DNA of 64,000 bases from Chlamydiae bacterium RIFCSPLOWO2_12_FULL_45_20 (GCA_001796285.1 MGMD01000003.1:19794-83793); one strand, 5' to 3'. Shown: positions 38,603-48,415, counted from the stretch's first letter. Numbers and translations are program-made. Notes: a model not told the origin generated them from the sequence alone.

Positions 38603-39882
38603 AAAAGCACTGGGCAGTCTTCTTGCAATCGGTACACTGCATGCGGGTGGATCGTACTGCAGAGATTTTGCAGGCTTTCTGTTTGCAGAATAATGCAGTT
38701 CACCTCATGTAAAGAAGCGAGAAGGTGGGTAAACTCATCGTCTGGATGGGTATCCTGAATATAGATAATTAACGCGCTTTCCCTATGAGAAAGTTTTCGA
38801 ATGGTGCGAAATAGGCCATTAGTCATCGTCTGTCCCTTTTCTAATACAAGAAGCGTATAGAGCTTCTTTCGCAACACTTGATGCAGGGCGTAAGAGTGGC
38901 TTTCGTTAAAAATTTTCGTGCCCGAATCTACTGTGAGAAGTCGTTCTGCGAGTTCTGAAAGGGTGATCTGTACACAGCCGACTCGTTCAATAGAAAGGCC
39001 TGCGGCAATATTGGCCAGTTCAGCAGATTGTTGGATATCCAGCCCATTGGCAACGCCTAGGCAAATCACAGCAAGTACCGTATCTCCCGCTCCTGTGACA
39101 TCCTTGACCTCTTTGGAACGCACTGGAAAATCAGATCGTTTTTGTAACCCCTCAAAAATCGTTATCCCTGCTTCTGAACGAGTAATCAAAAGGCAGTCCG
39201 TGTATTGTAAAAGATGGCTGGCCACCTCATCTAAAGAGACGCTAGGAAGACACCGAGCTGCAGCATAAGCTTCGCCCAAGTTCGGTTTCAGAATATACGC
39301 CCCCCGATACTTATTAAACTCAATTCCTTTTGGGTCAACAACCGTGGGAACCTTCGCCTTCCTGGCAGTGTCTAAAGTATATCGCAAAATCCGTTCCGTT
39401 AAAAACCCCTTCCCGTAATCAGAAATCGCAATCACCTGCATGGTCGGAATTAAGTGAGCCAACTCTTGGATCACCCGCATCTCTATTCCTTCAAGCGTGG
39501 GAGAGATCGTTTCAAAGTCGATGCGCAAAAGCTGCTGGCTATCAGAAATAAGTCGATTTTTCACGGGAGTTTTATAATTGGGCTCAACAAGAAGGACGTT
39601 TGTATCTGCAAGCCCCAAAGAATGCCGGAGTCTGACCCCTTCTGGATCTTCTCCTAGGCGGCCCACGGCAGTGACTTCTGCTCCTAGAGATTGGAGATTA
39701 AGAACGACATTTCCTGCACCACCTGGCCTGGAAGTTTGGCTCATCACCTCCATCACAGGGACAGGCGCTTCTGGAGAAATGCGCTTCACTTTCCCCGTAG
39801 TATACGTGTCGAATAAAAAATCACCCAGCACGAGCGCCTTAAAAGGCTTAAAATAGCTGAATGCCTTGGAAAGATTCACCAT
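38491..39882 (-). CDS. hldE: D-glycero-beta-D-manno-heptose-7-phosphate kinase (HldE/RfaE) with degenerate C-terminal nucleotidyltransferase-like domain
   Basis: 463 aa. Domain I is ribokinase-like ([26 protein letters not shown] and [11 protein letters not shown]). Domain II aligns as [15 protein letters not shown] against E. coli VMTNGVFDILHAGHV, so the HxGH motif is lost (nt 38788-38826). Confidence 0.8.
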
Positions 39883-40856
39883 CTAGCTTGTCGCATAAGA
39901 TACTGTTGCACATATTCTTCAACGGCTTCTTCCGTTGCTACCGCTTGGTAAGAATTATGAAAGATCTTATGCAATTTACCCATGGATGCGCAAGTGTAAT
40001 TCTGATATTGCCCCGCTAGATCGCTGGGCATGGGGATGTAAGCAATATTGGTGGGTTTCCGAATCGCTTTGAAAAAGGACTCTGCAAGGACATTCCAACT
40101 GGTAGGAACGCCCTGCCCGATATTGAAAATGCCGCCTACTGCTCGATACTTTAATTCCAAGAAGGCACAGGTCATTTTCACTGCATCTTTCACGTAAATA
40201 AAATCACGCATTTGTCCGCCATCGGGATAGTGGCGATCGTTGGATTGAAAGAGCTGCACCACACTTCCGTCTGATGATTTTTGCATCATTTTTAAAAGCA
40301 TGGAAGCCATACGCCCTTTGTGATATTCGTTGGGGCCAAAAACATTAAAATACTTCAGCCCTACCACCTGATCCAACACTCCCTGCCGTTTCATCCAAAG
40401 ATCCACAAGGTGCTTAGAAAACCCGTACATATTCAGCGGCTTTAAGGTTTCCAGCTTGGCTTCATCGTCCTCAAATCCCCATGCACCATCGCCATAAGTT
40501 GCGGCAGAAGACGCATAAATGAAACGCTTATGATACTTTAAGGCCCATTCCGCTAACCGAATCGTATAGCGAAAATTATTCTCCAAGAGGTAATCCGCAT
40601 CTTGCTCCACAGTATCAGAACAGGCCCCTAAGTGAATGATCGCATCCACTTCTTTTTCTTTTCCTTGAAGCCAACTGAATAACGCGTGTTTCGAGATAAT
40701 ATCGACAAACTGTTTACCGACTAAATTCTTCCATTTTTCTGATTTTTTTAAATCATCCACAAGTAAGAGATTTGTCCACCCCTTGTCATTTAAATAGCGG
40801 GTAACTCCCGCCCCAATCATGCCGCTTGCGCCAGTGATGATGATTTTTTTGTCCAT
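39876..40856 (-). CDS. hldD: ADP-L-glycero-D-manno-heptose 6-epimerase
   Basis: 326 aa. It shows extensive colinear similarity to E. coli HldD/RfaD as recalled: IIITGASGMIGAG, FIYASSAATYG, LNMYGFSKHL, YFNVFGPNEYHKGRMAS, RDFIYVKD. Confidence 0.88.
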   Translation of the reverse strand: MDKKIIITGASGMIGAGVTRYLNDKGWTNLLLVDDLKKSEKWKNLVGKQFVDIISKHALFSWLQGKEKEVDAIIHLGACSDTVEQDADYLLENNFRYTIRLAEWALKYHKRFIYASSAATYGDGAWGFEDDEAKLETLKPLNMYGFSKHLVDLWMKRQGVLDQVVGLKYFNVFGPNEYHKGRMASMLLKMMQKSSDGSVVQLFQSNDRHYPDGGQMRDFIYVKDAVKMTCAFLELKYRAVGGIFNIGQGVPTSWNVLAESFFKAIRKPTNIAYIPMPSDLAGQYQNYTCASMGKLHKIFHNSYQAVATEEAVEEYVQQYLMRQARW

Positions 40857-40952
40857 TGCAGACTAGGATAACAAAAATGCCTCTCTAAAAAACACAACAT
40901 TTTTTACAGTGCTAGTCTCGACAGATGAGTTCAAAAAATGTACAAAGTCGAG

Positions 40953-41753
40953 CTAGTACCATCTTTCTAAAGAGGGTCTTGAGAGGGTTGTAAAGGGCAT
41001 AAACGTCACGTCTTCCATGATTGGAGGCTTGCCTCCTAAACAAAAAAAGGCAGAGCCGCTTCCTGTCATTACCACGGTTGCAAAATGTCTTTGAAGCTCT
41101 TCTTTCAGAATATGGAGACGCGGCTCAATGGCAAAAGAGGCAGTTTCTAAATCATTGAAAAAACTTGGGTAGCGGACTTCCAGCAAGTCTCGTTTAGAAA
41201 GGTTCTCCACTTGTAAATTTTTATAAACAAGCACTGTAGAGAGCCCATAATGGGGCTTCGCCAGGTAGCCGGATAAAGGGGATGGAAGTGTAAAAGGTTC
41301 CAAAATCTCTCCCCTTCCCGTACAATAAGCTGTACCCAAAGAGAAAAAAAAAGGAACATCTGAGCCGATCGAAGCGCCAAGCGCTATCAGCGTTTCTACG
41401 GTAGCAGGCTGCCCTGAAAGTTCATTCAAAGCCCAGAGCGTCGTCGCTGCATTACCGCTTCCCCCTCCAAATCCTCCCTGGATAGGAATCTTCTTTTCAA
41501 TGTGGATAGAGATCGCCGGCATCGGAAAATGCGCTCGAAAACACGCAAGTGCCCGGACTACGAGATTCTTCTCGTCAACAGGAATAGTAGAATCAGTACA
41601 GGTGATGCGATCAGCACGAGAAGGGATAAAATAAAGGCGATCGCAAAGATCGATCGCCTGAAAAAGAGAGACTATCTCATGGTAACCGTCCAACCTTTTA
41701 TGCAAAACCCTAAAGAAGAGATTGAGTTTGGCTGGAGAGAGATAACTATGCAT
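40953..41753 (-). CDS. ispE: 4-diphosphocytidyl-2-C-methyl-D-erythritol kinase
   Basis: 266 aa. It has SPAKLNLFFRVLHKRLDGYHEI and the GHMP kinase motif IPIQGGFGGGSGNAAT. Confidence 0.9.
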   Translation of the reverse strand: MHSYLSPAKLNLFFRVLHKRLDGYHEIVSLFQAIDLCDRLYFIPSRADRITCTDSTIPVDEKNLVVRALACFRAHFPMPAISIHIEKKIPIQGGFGGGSGNAATTLWALNELSGQPATVETLIALGASIGSDVPFFFSLGTAYCTGRGEILEPFTLPSPLSGYLAKPHYGLSTVLVYKNLQVENLSKRDLLEVRYPSFFNDLETASFAIEPRLHILKEELQRHFATVVMTGSGSAFFCLGGKPPIMEDVTFMPFTTLSRPSLERWY

Positions 41754-42276
41754 CCTCTTTCTGTTTTGCCTCTCCAGAAGGAATGGGAGCCGTTACCTCT
41801 TCAACCCCTATTTGAGCCACTCCTTCCGGAATAATATGAAGGTCACAAATCGCCATCACTCCCTCTTTGAGCTTAATAGAGAGCTTATGCTTTCCAGTCA
41901 TCTTAATGGGTTTTGTTAACTGAATGGCTTTTTTCTCCAGAACAAGCCCTTTCGCATGGAAAAGATCTGCGATATCGCCTCTCGAAACAGATCCATACAT
42001 ATGCCCTTCCGGATCCACTTTCACAAAAATCTCAAGGACCGCTCCCTCAACGAGAATAGCCATCTCTTCAGATTCCTTTCGATCAATCACCGCTTGCTCA
42101 GCCCGCTCCTTACGAAGCCTTTCTTGCTTCCGAAGTGTGTTCTCAGTAGCAACGACAGCAAGGCCCTGGGGAAAGAGAAAATTACGCATATAGCCAGGAC
42201 GAGCCGTGACAAGCTCCCCTTTTTTTCCTAACGAATCAACGTCCTTAAGAAGTAACAGCTGTTGTTTCATTGTCAT
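41746..42276 (-). CDS. rplI: 50S ribosomal protein L9
   Basis: 176 aa. The N-terminus LLLKDVDSLGKKGELVTARPGYMRNFLFPQGLAV matches L9. Confidence 0.9.
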   Translation of the reverse strand: MTMKQQLLLLKDVDSLGKKGELVTARPGYMRNFLFPQGLAVVATENTLRKQERLRKERAEQAVIDRKESEEMAILVEGAVLEIFVKVDPEGHMYGSVSRGDIADLFHAKGLVLEKKAIQLTKPIKMTGKHKLSIKLKEGVMAICDLHIIPEGVAQIGVEEVTAPIPSGEAKQKEDA

Positions 42277-42281
42277 CTCCC

Positions 42282-42530
42282 CTATTCGTCTGACGCAAAA
42301 GGTAAAAGAGCCATATGACGAGCTCTCTTAATCGCTTTTTTTAACACTTTTTGATAGTAGTAAGAGACACCAGTAATGCGTCTCGGCAAAATTTTTCCAC
42401 GCTCAGTAACAAACTGTCTAAGCGTTTCAAGGTCTTTGTAATCAATCCCATCCACTGTAGCGGCAACAAATGGACACGGCTTGTTCTTTTTTGTAAAAGG
42501 TGATGATTCAGTACTTGTATGAACTGCCAT
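42282..42530 (-). CDS. rpsR: 30S ribosomal protein S18
   Basis: 82 aa. It has [28 protein letters not shown]. Confidence 0.9.
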   Translation of the reverse strand: MAVHTSTESSPFTKKNKPCPFVAATVDGIDYKDLETLRQFVTERGKILPRRITGVSYYYQKVLKKAIKRARHMALLPFASDE

Positions 42531-42534
42531 ATTG

Positions 42535-42882
42535 TTATGCCCCTAGTTTTAGTGGTTTAAACTCCATGCTCTCTAACACCTTTTCAGTGCGCATGGTCAT
42601 AAATCGAATGAGATCCTCATGGAGATGATATTCCTTCCAAAGATCAACAATGATCCGTGTGGGCGCCCGAAAGTAGAGCACATAATAATACCCCTCTCGT
42701 TTCCCAGTGATTTCATAAGCGAGTTTCTTTCGCCCTAGTTCATGAAGCTTTACGATCTCTCCACCCTTTTCGGTGATGCCGTTGGTAATTTTCTCAAAAG
42801 CCTTCTTACGGGACTCATCACTAAGCGTAGCGCTTAAGATATACATCCCCTCATAAAGCCCTTGACGGTTTTTATGTGTCAT
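42535..42882 (-). CDS. rpsF: 30S ribosomal protein S6
   Basis: It shows S6-like LYEGMYIL...YYYVLYF. The start is set at the internal ATG at 42882 ([12 protein letters not shown]), which removes the overlap with pth. It is part of the rpsF-rpsR-rplI cluster. Confidence 0.85.
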   Translation of the reverse strand: MTHKNRQGLYEGMYILSATLSDESRKKAFEKITNGITEKGGEIVKLHELGRKKLAYEITGKREGYYYVLYFRAPTRIIVDLWKEYHLHEDLIRFMTMRTEKVLESMEFKPLKLGA

Positions 42883-43480
42883 GTTGTTCTTCTCCAATGC
42901 TCGGAGTCGATGAACGATTCGCATAGTTCATCGCACTGGTTAATCCTTTGTCCAACCAAATTTCCACTGCTTGGACTACCCTTCCCAAAATCTCTGGAAG
43001 GAGTTTCTTCTCTTCTTTTGAGAACTGCCCGAGTACATAATCGGACAAATCCCCTGCTTCCGGACTGCCTACGCCTATACGAAGACGCGCATATCCGTCG
43101 GTATGAATCGCCTCTTCAACGCTTTTCAGGCCGTTATGCCCACCTGAAGAGCTGTTAGCGCGAATCCTGAGCTCCCCAAAAGGAATGGCCGCATCATCCG
43201 CAAGGACAAGAAGCCTCGAGAGCTCAATTTTATAATAGTTCATGACTGCTACGACAGCATGGCCGCTTAAGTTCATGTACGTCTGTGGCTTGAGCATCAA
43301 TACCGATGCCCCGCCAAGGGTTCCCTTTGCAATCAGACCTTTCAGATCACTTTTACTCTGAAAGCTGAGATTATATTTCCTGGCTAAAAGGTCTAAGGCC
43401 TCAAAGCCAACATTGTGGCGGGTCTCATCATAGAAACTTCCCAAATTTCCAAGACCCACAACCAGCCATTCGTGACTCAT
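42872..43480 (-). CDS. pth: Peptidyl-tRNA hydrolase
   Basis: 202 aa. It has LVVGLGNLGSFYDETRHNVGF and GGHNGLKS. Confidence 0.9.
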   Translation of the reverse strand: MSHEWLVVGLGNLGSFYDETRHNVGFEALDLLARKYNLSFQSKSDLKGLIAKGTLGGASVLMLKPQTYMNLSGHAVVAVMNYYKIELSRLLVLADDAAIPFGELRIRANSSSGGHNGLKSVEEAIHTDGYARLRIGVGSPEAGDLSDYVLGQFSKEEKKLLPEILGRVVQAVEIWLDKGLTSAMNYANRSSTPSIGEEQHDT

Positions 43481-44046
43481 GCGCCAGCTTTCTTACCGAC
43501 AAGGACTAGTACTTCCGTCAATTTTGCAAGAGGACGAACCGATGGAGGGATCTCTAGATCACTTAATAGTTTGGACTGTCCAATGCCTACATTCCGAATA
43601 TCCAGGGAAAAACTTTCTGGGATATTTTTAGGTAGACAAGACACCTTAAGGGATCGGATTACTTGACGGATAAATCCGCCTAGCTTGACTCCCGCGCAAT
43701 CGGCGGCCCCTACAAGAGAAATCGGAACATTGATCTCTACTAGCTTGCTCTCTTCCATTTCCAGAAAATCTACGTGCTCAATCTCATAACTCGCAACGTG
43801 GTACTGCACATCTTTTATGATCGCCTGGATCGTCTTTGCGCCCCTTTCAAGCTCAAAAATCGTCGTTGATAGACGTCCCGGCTGAATCTTTCGAAGGATT
43901 TCTTTCAGAGTGTCATTTTTCACAGCAACTGGCGTTCCAGCTTTTCCTGCACCGTAAAGAATAGCAGGAACCATTCCCTCCCTTCGAAGCTGGCTCGTTA
44001 CTCCCTTCCTTCCCGTCGTTCTTTCTTCTACTTTTAGTTTCATCAT
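43477..44046 (-). CDS. rplY: 50S ribosomal protein L25 / general stress protein Ctc
   Basis: 189 aa. It has RTTGRKGVTSQLRREGMVPAILYG. Confidence 0.9.
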   Translation of the reverse strand: MMKLKVEERTTGRKGVTSQLRREGMVPAILYGAGKAGTPVAVKNDTLKEILRKIQPGRLSTTIFELERGAKTIQAIIKDVQYHVASYEIEHVDFLEMEESKLVEINVPISLVGAADCAGVKLGGFIRQVIRSLKVSCLPKNIPESFSLDIRNVGIGQSKLLSDLEIPPSVRPLAKLTEVLVLVGKKAGA

Positions 44047-44969
44047 CTATCCTTATCTTTTAAAAAAGAGGAGATCGATTTGTCCTCAATAATACAGCTA
44101 ATCGCCTCTTTTAACAGGGGCGCCACACTAACAACATGCACCCCCTTTCTTTTTTGCGGAATGGTGTCAGTAGTAAAAATCCCATCGATCCCTTCAAGCT
44201 CCACGCCTTCCAGAAAAAGCCCATGCGTTACCACTGCAAAAACCCGTTTCGCCCCCCGTTCTTTCGAGGCTTTGGCGGCCATCTCTAAAGTGTTGCCAGT
44301 CGATGCAATGTCATCGACAATAACAAGATCCTTGCCATGAACATCGCCTATAAGCGCGTTGATCTGCACCGTACGTTCGCCAAGGCGTCTCTTATCTACA
44401 ATCGCAAGGTCTGTTTTTAGAGCCTCGGCGTACCTTCTTGCCATTTTATTGCTCCCCACATCGGGAGAAACAATCACCACCTTCTCCAACCCATGTTGCT
44501 TTAAAGCATCAACAAAAAGAGGTCGAGCATACAAGTTATCTACAGGAATATTAAAAAACCCCTGAATTTGTTCCGTATGCAAATCCACAGTCAGCAACCG
44601 TGTAATACCTGCCTTTTCCAACAAGTCAGCGACCAAGCGCGCCGTAATCGGCATACGCCCTTTATCCTTACGGTCCTGTCTTGCATAGGCAAAATAAGGC
44701 AAAACGACCGTAATACTGTTTACCGATGCCCGCTTCAATGCATCGACAATAATTAAAAGCTCCATTAAAAAGTGGTTTGGCTTAAAAGCGGGCGATTGAA
44801 GCACAAACGCATCCCTACCACGCACATTCTCAAGGACCTGTACGCCGATTTCTCCATCAGGGAACGTCTCTATCTGAAGTTTCCCTAACCGCAAATTCAG
44901 GTGCTCTGCGACCTTGAGAGCGAGCTCTCCATGAGAAGAGCCGGCAAAAATAATCGACGACTGGGCCAT
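44043..44969 (-). CDS. prs: Ribose-phosphate pyrophosphokinase
   Basis: 308 aa. It has FPDGEI, YFAYARQDRK, and the PRPP-binding loop LVIVDDIASTGNTL. Confidence 0.9.
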   Translation of the reverse strand: MAQSSIIFAGSSHGELALKVAEHLNLRLGKLQIETFPDGEIGVQVLENVRGRDAFVLQSPAFKPNHFLMELLIIVDALKRASVNSITVVLPYFAYARQDRKDKGRMPITARLVADLLEKAGITRLLTVDLHTEQIQGFFNIPVDNLYARPLFVDALKQHGLEKVVIVSPDVGSNKMARRYAEALKTDLAIVDKRRLGERTVQINALIGDVHGKDLVIVDDIASTGNTLEMAAKASKERGAKRVFAVVTHGLFLEGVELEGIDGIFTTDTIPQKRKGVHVVSVAPLLKEAISCIIEDKSISSFLKDKDR

Positions 44970-44981
44970 TGAATCCCTAAC

Positions 44982-45053
44982 TTGGGGCGGAAGGATTCGA
45001 ACCTCCGCATGGCGGTACCAAAAACCGCTGCCTTACCGCTTGGCGACGCCCCA
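44982..45053 (-). tRNA. tRNA-Gln (anticodon UUG)
   Basis: The minus strand reads TGGGGCG-TC-GCC-AAGCGGTAA-GGC-A-GCGGT-TTTTGGT-ACCGC-CATGC-GGAGG-TTCGAAT-CCTTC-CGCCCCA-A. This folds as a clean cloverleaf with a U1-A72 pair, as in E. coli tRNA-Gln. CCA is not encoded. Confidence 0.9.
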
Positions 45054-45102
45054 ACATTCTGAACATTTTAAAGCAGTCATATTAGCTAAGAAGGTAAATA
45101 TT

Positions 45103-45131
45103 TTGCAAGGAATCACGTTGGCCGCTATAAG
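45103..45131 (+). promoter_or_regulatory. Candidate sigma-70-type promoter of glgA (TTGCAA-17 nt-TATAAG)
   Basis: The hexamers are at 45103-45108 and 45126-45131 with a 17-nt spacer. The -10 element ends only 8 nt before the glgA ATG, which would imply a very short or absent leader. This is sequence pattern only. Confidence 0.3.
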
Positions 45132-45139
45132 CAAAAATT

Positions 45140-46561
45140 ATGCGCATCGTCCACCTTGCCGCTGAATTCGCCCCCATTGCCAAAGCTGGGGGGCTCGGGG
45201 AAGTCATCGTCGGCCTGTCACGCGCATTGACACAGAAGGGACTCGATGTCGAAGTTCTCCTTCCAAAATATGACTTTATTCGTTTGGAATCTGGAAAAAT
45301 AAAACAGAAAGTTCCTCATTTTCAGTGCCTTGGAAACGACAATACAGCTTGGAGTGCAGTAGTTGAGGAGTGCCATCTCACGCTTCTCGAGGCCCATCAT
45401 CCGGCACAATTTTTTAATCGTGGAAAAATTTACGGATTAGAGGACGATATTGCTCGGTTCCTGTATTTTTCTAGGTTGGCTATCGAATATTTACTTATCC
45501 AAGGCCAACCCATTGATATTCTCCACTTACATGACTGGCACGTAAGCCTTGTCGCCCCGATGGTGAAAAAGCTTTTTAAAGGACTTGAGGTCAAAGCAGT
45601 GGTTTTGACAATCCACAATTTGGAGTATCAAGGAAAATGTACAGTTAGGGATTTAGAGAACATTGGATGCGGTCCTTTGGCACGCGAACATGCAGTGAAC
45701 CTACTCGAAATGGGGATTCTCTATGCAGATGCGGTGATTCCGGTCTCTCCCAGTTATGCCGAAGAGATTTTGACTCCTGAGTATGGATTTGGACTCGATC
45801 CTGTCCTGAGGCAGTTTGCGGTCAAGATCCACGGCATCCTGAATGGCATTGACCGCAAGATTTGGACCCCCGAAAAAGATCCCCTTTTCGACGTACATTA
45901 TAGCACTGAATCTGTGCAAAAAGGGAAAAAGCATTATAAGCGAAAGTTTCAAAAGGACACGGAGAAAACGCCATGGATTGGGGCAGTCTCGCGACTGGTT
46001 CCTCAAAAGGGGCCAGCACTTTTGGAAGAAGCCCTCTACACGACACTGAAACTCAATGGCACGTTTCTCCTTCTTGGCTCCTCTCCGATCCCCCAGATAC
46101 AAGAACAATTTTACAAGCTGCAAGTCAAATACAAAGGACACCCGCAAGTATTTTTTCACTTTGAATACGAAGAAACTCTCGCGCATGAAATGTATGCAGC
46201 GTTGGATTATCTTCTTGTTCCCTCCAAGTTTGAACCGTGCGGGCTGACTCAGATGATCGCCATGCGCTATGGAACCGTTCCAATTGTGCGAAAAACAGGG
46301 GGGCTAAAGGACACAGTATTTGATTGCGAAGATAGTCGTATCAGTGTAGACAAAAGAAACGGCTTTGTCTTTGAAGCCTTTACAGCCGACTCGATGAACC
46401 ACACCCTGCAAAGGGCATTTGATCTATTTCGTTTCAATCCAAATACTTACCACTCTTTAGTACGCAAAGGCATGCTTTCCGATTTCAGCTGGGACAAACC
46501 GGCAGAAGCCTACTGTAAATTGTACCGTTCTTTAGAACTGGTTAGGCAACAATCGAGATAG
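45140..46561 (+). CDS. glgA: Glycogen synthase
   Basis: 473 aa. It has MRIVHLAAEFAPIAKAGGLGEVIVGLSRAL (KxGGL motif) and the C-terminal PSKFEPCGLTQM. Confidence 0.9.
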   Translation: MRIVHLAAEFAPIAKAGGLGEVIVGLSRALTQKGLDVEVLLPKYDFIRLESGKIKQKVPHFQCLGNDNTAWSAVVEECHLTLLEAHHPAQFFNRGKIYGLEDDIARFLYFSRLAIEYLLIQGQPIDILHLHDWHVSLVAPMVKKLFKGLEVKAVVLTIHNLEYQGKCTVRDLENIGCGPLAREHAVNLLEMGILYADAVIPVSPSYAEEILTPEYGFGLDPVLRQFAVKIHGILNGIDRKIWTPEKDPLFDVHYSTESVQKGKKHYKRKFQKDTEKTPWIGAVSRLVPQKGPALLEEALYTTLKLNGTFLLLGSSPIPQIQEQFYKLQVKYKGHPQVFFHFEYEETLAHEMYAALDYLLVPSKFEPCGLTQMIAMRYGTVPIVRKTGGLKDTVFDCEDSRISVDKRNGFVFEAFTADSMNHTLQRAFDLFRFNPNTYHSLVRKGMLSDFSWDKPAEAYCKLYRSLELVRQQSR

Positions 46562-46565
46562 ACTC

Positions 46566-46729
46566 ATACCATTTGCGAGAAATAAATTCATAAATTAGGG
46601 CCGTATAACATGTCATCTTTGAACGATCCTTTCTTGCTCATGTTTAAAAACATGAGCTGCAAAACGACCATTCAAATCTGCCACGTTACCCAGCCCTAAA
46701 TTTATGAATTTATTTCTCGCAAATGGTAT
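46566..46729. repeat. 164-bp element bounded by 36/37-nt near-perfect terminal inverted repeats (MITE-like, or a giant bidirectional terminator hairpin)
   Basis: The left arm at 46566-46601 is ataccatttgcgagaaataaattcataaattagggc. The right arm at 46693-46729 is its reverse complement with a single 1-nt indel. An inner 8-bp hairpin gctcatgt-ttaaaa-acatgagc is present. The element lies between the convergent glgA and pgsA stops. Confidence 0.7.
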
Positions 46730-46735
46730 CATATC

Positions 46736-47329
46736 TCATTTTGTAGACACCCTCTTAATATGGGCCCAATTTGCATAGATGTAATCGACAATCGACACCA
46801 CTGTATAAAAAGCAGCTACAGAAACAGCAAATAGGCTCATCTGTTGAAAAAGCGCCAGGGTAATCCATCCTTTTGAGTAAGGAATCATGAGAAGCAAAAT
46901 GAAAAAAATCACGATCGCCTGCAAAACAGCCTTCATCTTGCCACTAAATCTTGCAGCCAAAGCTACCCCCCTCAAGGCACAGAGCGTTCTTAGCGTAGTG
47001 ATCAGCATGTCTCGATAAAGAAAAATGAACACTAAGATCAAAGGCAGTGCGACAACCCCTTGCGTAAAGGTTAAAAAGAGGGAGATATGAGTAATGCTAT
47101 CTGCCATCGGATCGAGCACCTTGCCCAAATCCGTTACCTCATTGCGACGCCGTGCTAACATCCCGTCTAGAACATCGGAGCACTCGCAAATGAATAGTAA
47201 AAACAACATAATATAGGGAAGCAAGACTAGAGAAACCCCCAATTTTTCCCGTTCTAAATAGAGCACGGGGAATACAGGGCTTAAAAGAATCCGTAAAAAA
47301 GTCAAATAATGAGACGGGTTCATCGACAA
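46736..47329 (-). CDS. pgsA: CDP-alcohol phosphatidyltransferase (PgsA-like)
   Basis: 197 aa and polytopic. It has the motif DVLDGMLARRRNEVTDLGKVLDPMAD (DxxDGxxAR...GxxxDxxxD). Confidence 0.8.
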   Translation of the reverse strand: MSMNPSHYLTFLRILLSPVFPVLYLEREKLGVSLVLLPYIMLFLLFICECSDVLDGMLARRRNEVTDLGKVLDPMADSITHISLFLTFTQGVVALPLILVFIFLYRDMLITTLRTLCALRGVALAARFSGKMKAVLQAIVIFFILLLMIPYSKGWITLALFQQMSLFAVSVAAFYTVVSIVDYIYANWAHIKRVSTK

Positions 47330-47386
47330 AAAGACTATAGGAAAAGGGTTCTTTTTTGCAAATCTTCTTAAGAAGAAGCTCGCAAG

Positions 47387-48415
47387 CTAGGGTTGCAAGG
47401 CTAACTGGCCGCAAGCCGCTTGTATATCTTTGCCCTTGGTATAACGCCAGGTTGTATTGATCCCCTCTTTTTCCAAAATTTCTCGAAACTCCATGATTTT
47501 TTCCTTGGTGGGTCTTTGGAGTTTCAACCCATCTACCGGGTTATAAGGGATCAAATTAACAGTACACTGCTTGTTTCGAAGAAGGGTGGAAAGTTCTTCG
47601 GCATGAACTTTGTTATCGTTGAGGCCAGAGAGCAGCGTATACTCATAGGTGATGTCTCTATGAGTAGTCTTCGCATAGGCGTCCATTGCTAATAGGATCT
47701 CTTCTAAAGGGTACTTTCTCGCATAGGGGATGATTTTTTTCCGAATGTGCTCATTCGGCGCATGAAGAGATAAAACGAGATTGACCTTCACATTTTCACG
47801 AGCGAGTCTATGAATCCCTTCTACTACGCCTACTGTCGAGACAGTGATTCTTCTTTGAGAAATATTCAAGCCGTGGGGAGCATTCAAAATCTCGATCGAT
47901 TGGATAACTGCTTCATAATTTTCGAGCGGCTCCCCCATACCCATGAATACAATGTGAGAAACTCTCTCTCCTTTCTCATGCAAAAAGCGATCGATATGTA
48001 GAACCTGCTCGACAATCTCTGCAGGGCTTAAATTTCTGATCAGCCCTTCTTTTCCCGAAGCGCAAAAAGCGCACTTGGCGGGACAGCCGACCTGGGAAGA
48101 GACACATACAGTGCGCCGCTCCTCTGATAGAATTAAGACCGATTCTACTTTGCGTTTGTCTGGAAGCTCCCAAAGAAACTTCACCGTCTCCTGATCCTCT
48201 GAAGCTAAAGTGCGTAAAAGTTTAAGCGCTGGGAAAGAAAATTCTTGAGCCAAGAGCTGCCTTAACTCTTTTTTTAAATTCGTCATAACCTCAAAAGAAT
48301 TCGCCCATTTTTTATAAATCCAGTCCCATACCTGATCCGCGTGAAACGCTTGAACCTCTACGGTCTGCATCCAACTTTTCAGCTCTTTTAGGGAAAAAGA
48401 ACAAATTTCTTTCAT
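47387..48415 (-). CDS. rlmN: 23S rRNA/tRNA (adenine-C2)-methyltransferase, radical SAM
   Basis: It has the radical SAM cluster motif GCPAKCAFCASG, GMGEPLENY, and the C-terminal QAACGQL. The start is set at the ATG at 48415 (MKEICSF). The longer track ORF (to 48490) overlaps the divergent DoxX ORF. Confidence 0.88.
   Translation of the reverse strand: MKEICSFSLKELKSWMQTVEVQAFHADQVWDWIYKKWANSFEVMTNLKKELRQLLAQEFSFPALKLLRTLASEDQETVKFLWELPDKRKVESVLILSEERRTVCVSSQVGCPAKCAFCASGKEGLIRNLSPAEIVEQVLHIDRFLHEKGERVSHIVFMGMGEPLENYEAVIQSIEILNAPHGLNISQRRITVSTVGVVEGIHRLARENVKVNLVLSLHAPNEHIRKKIIPYARKYPLEEILLAMDAYAKTTHRDITYEYTLLSGLNDNKVHAEELSTLLRNKQCTVNLIPYNPVDGLKLQRPTKEKIMEFREILEKEGINTTWRYTKGKDIQAACGQLALQP

Noticed and set aside
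40857-40952. A 7-nt inverted repeat (agactag...ctagtct) in the hldD-ispE spacer.
   Set aside because: The stem is short and the loop is ~45 nt. It is expected by chance and has no U-tract.
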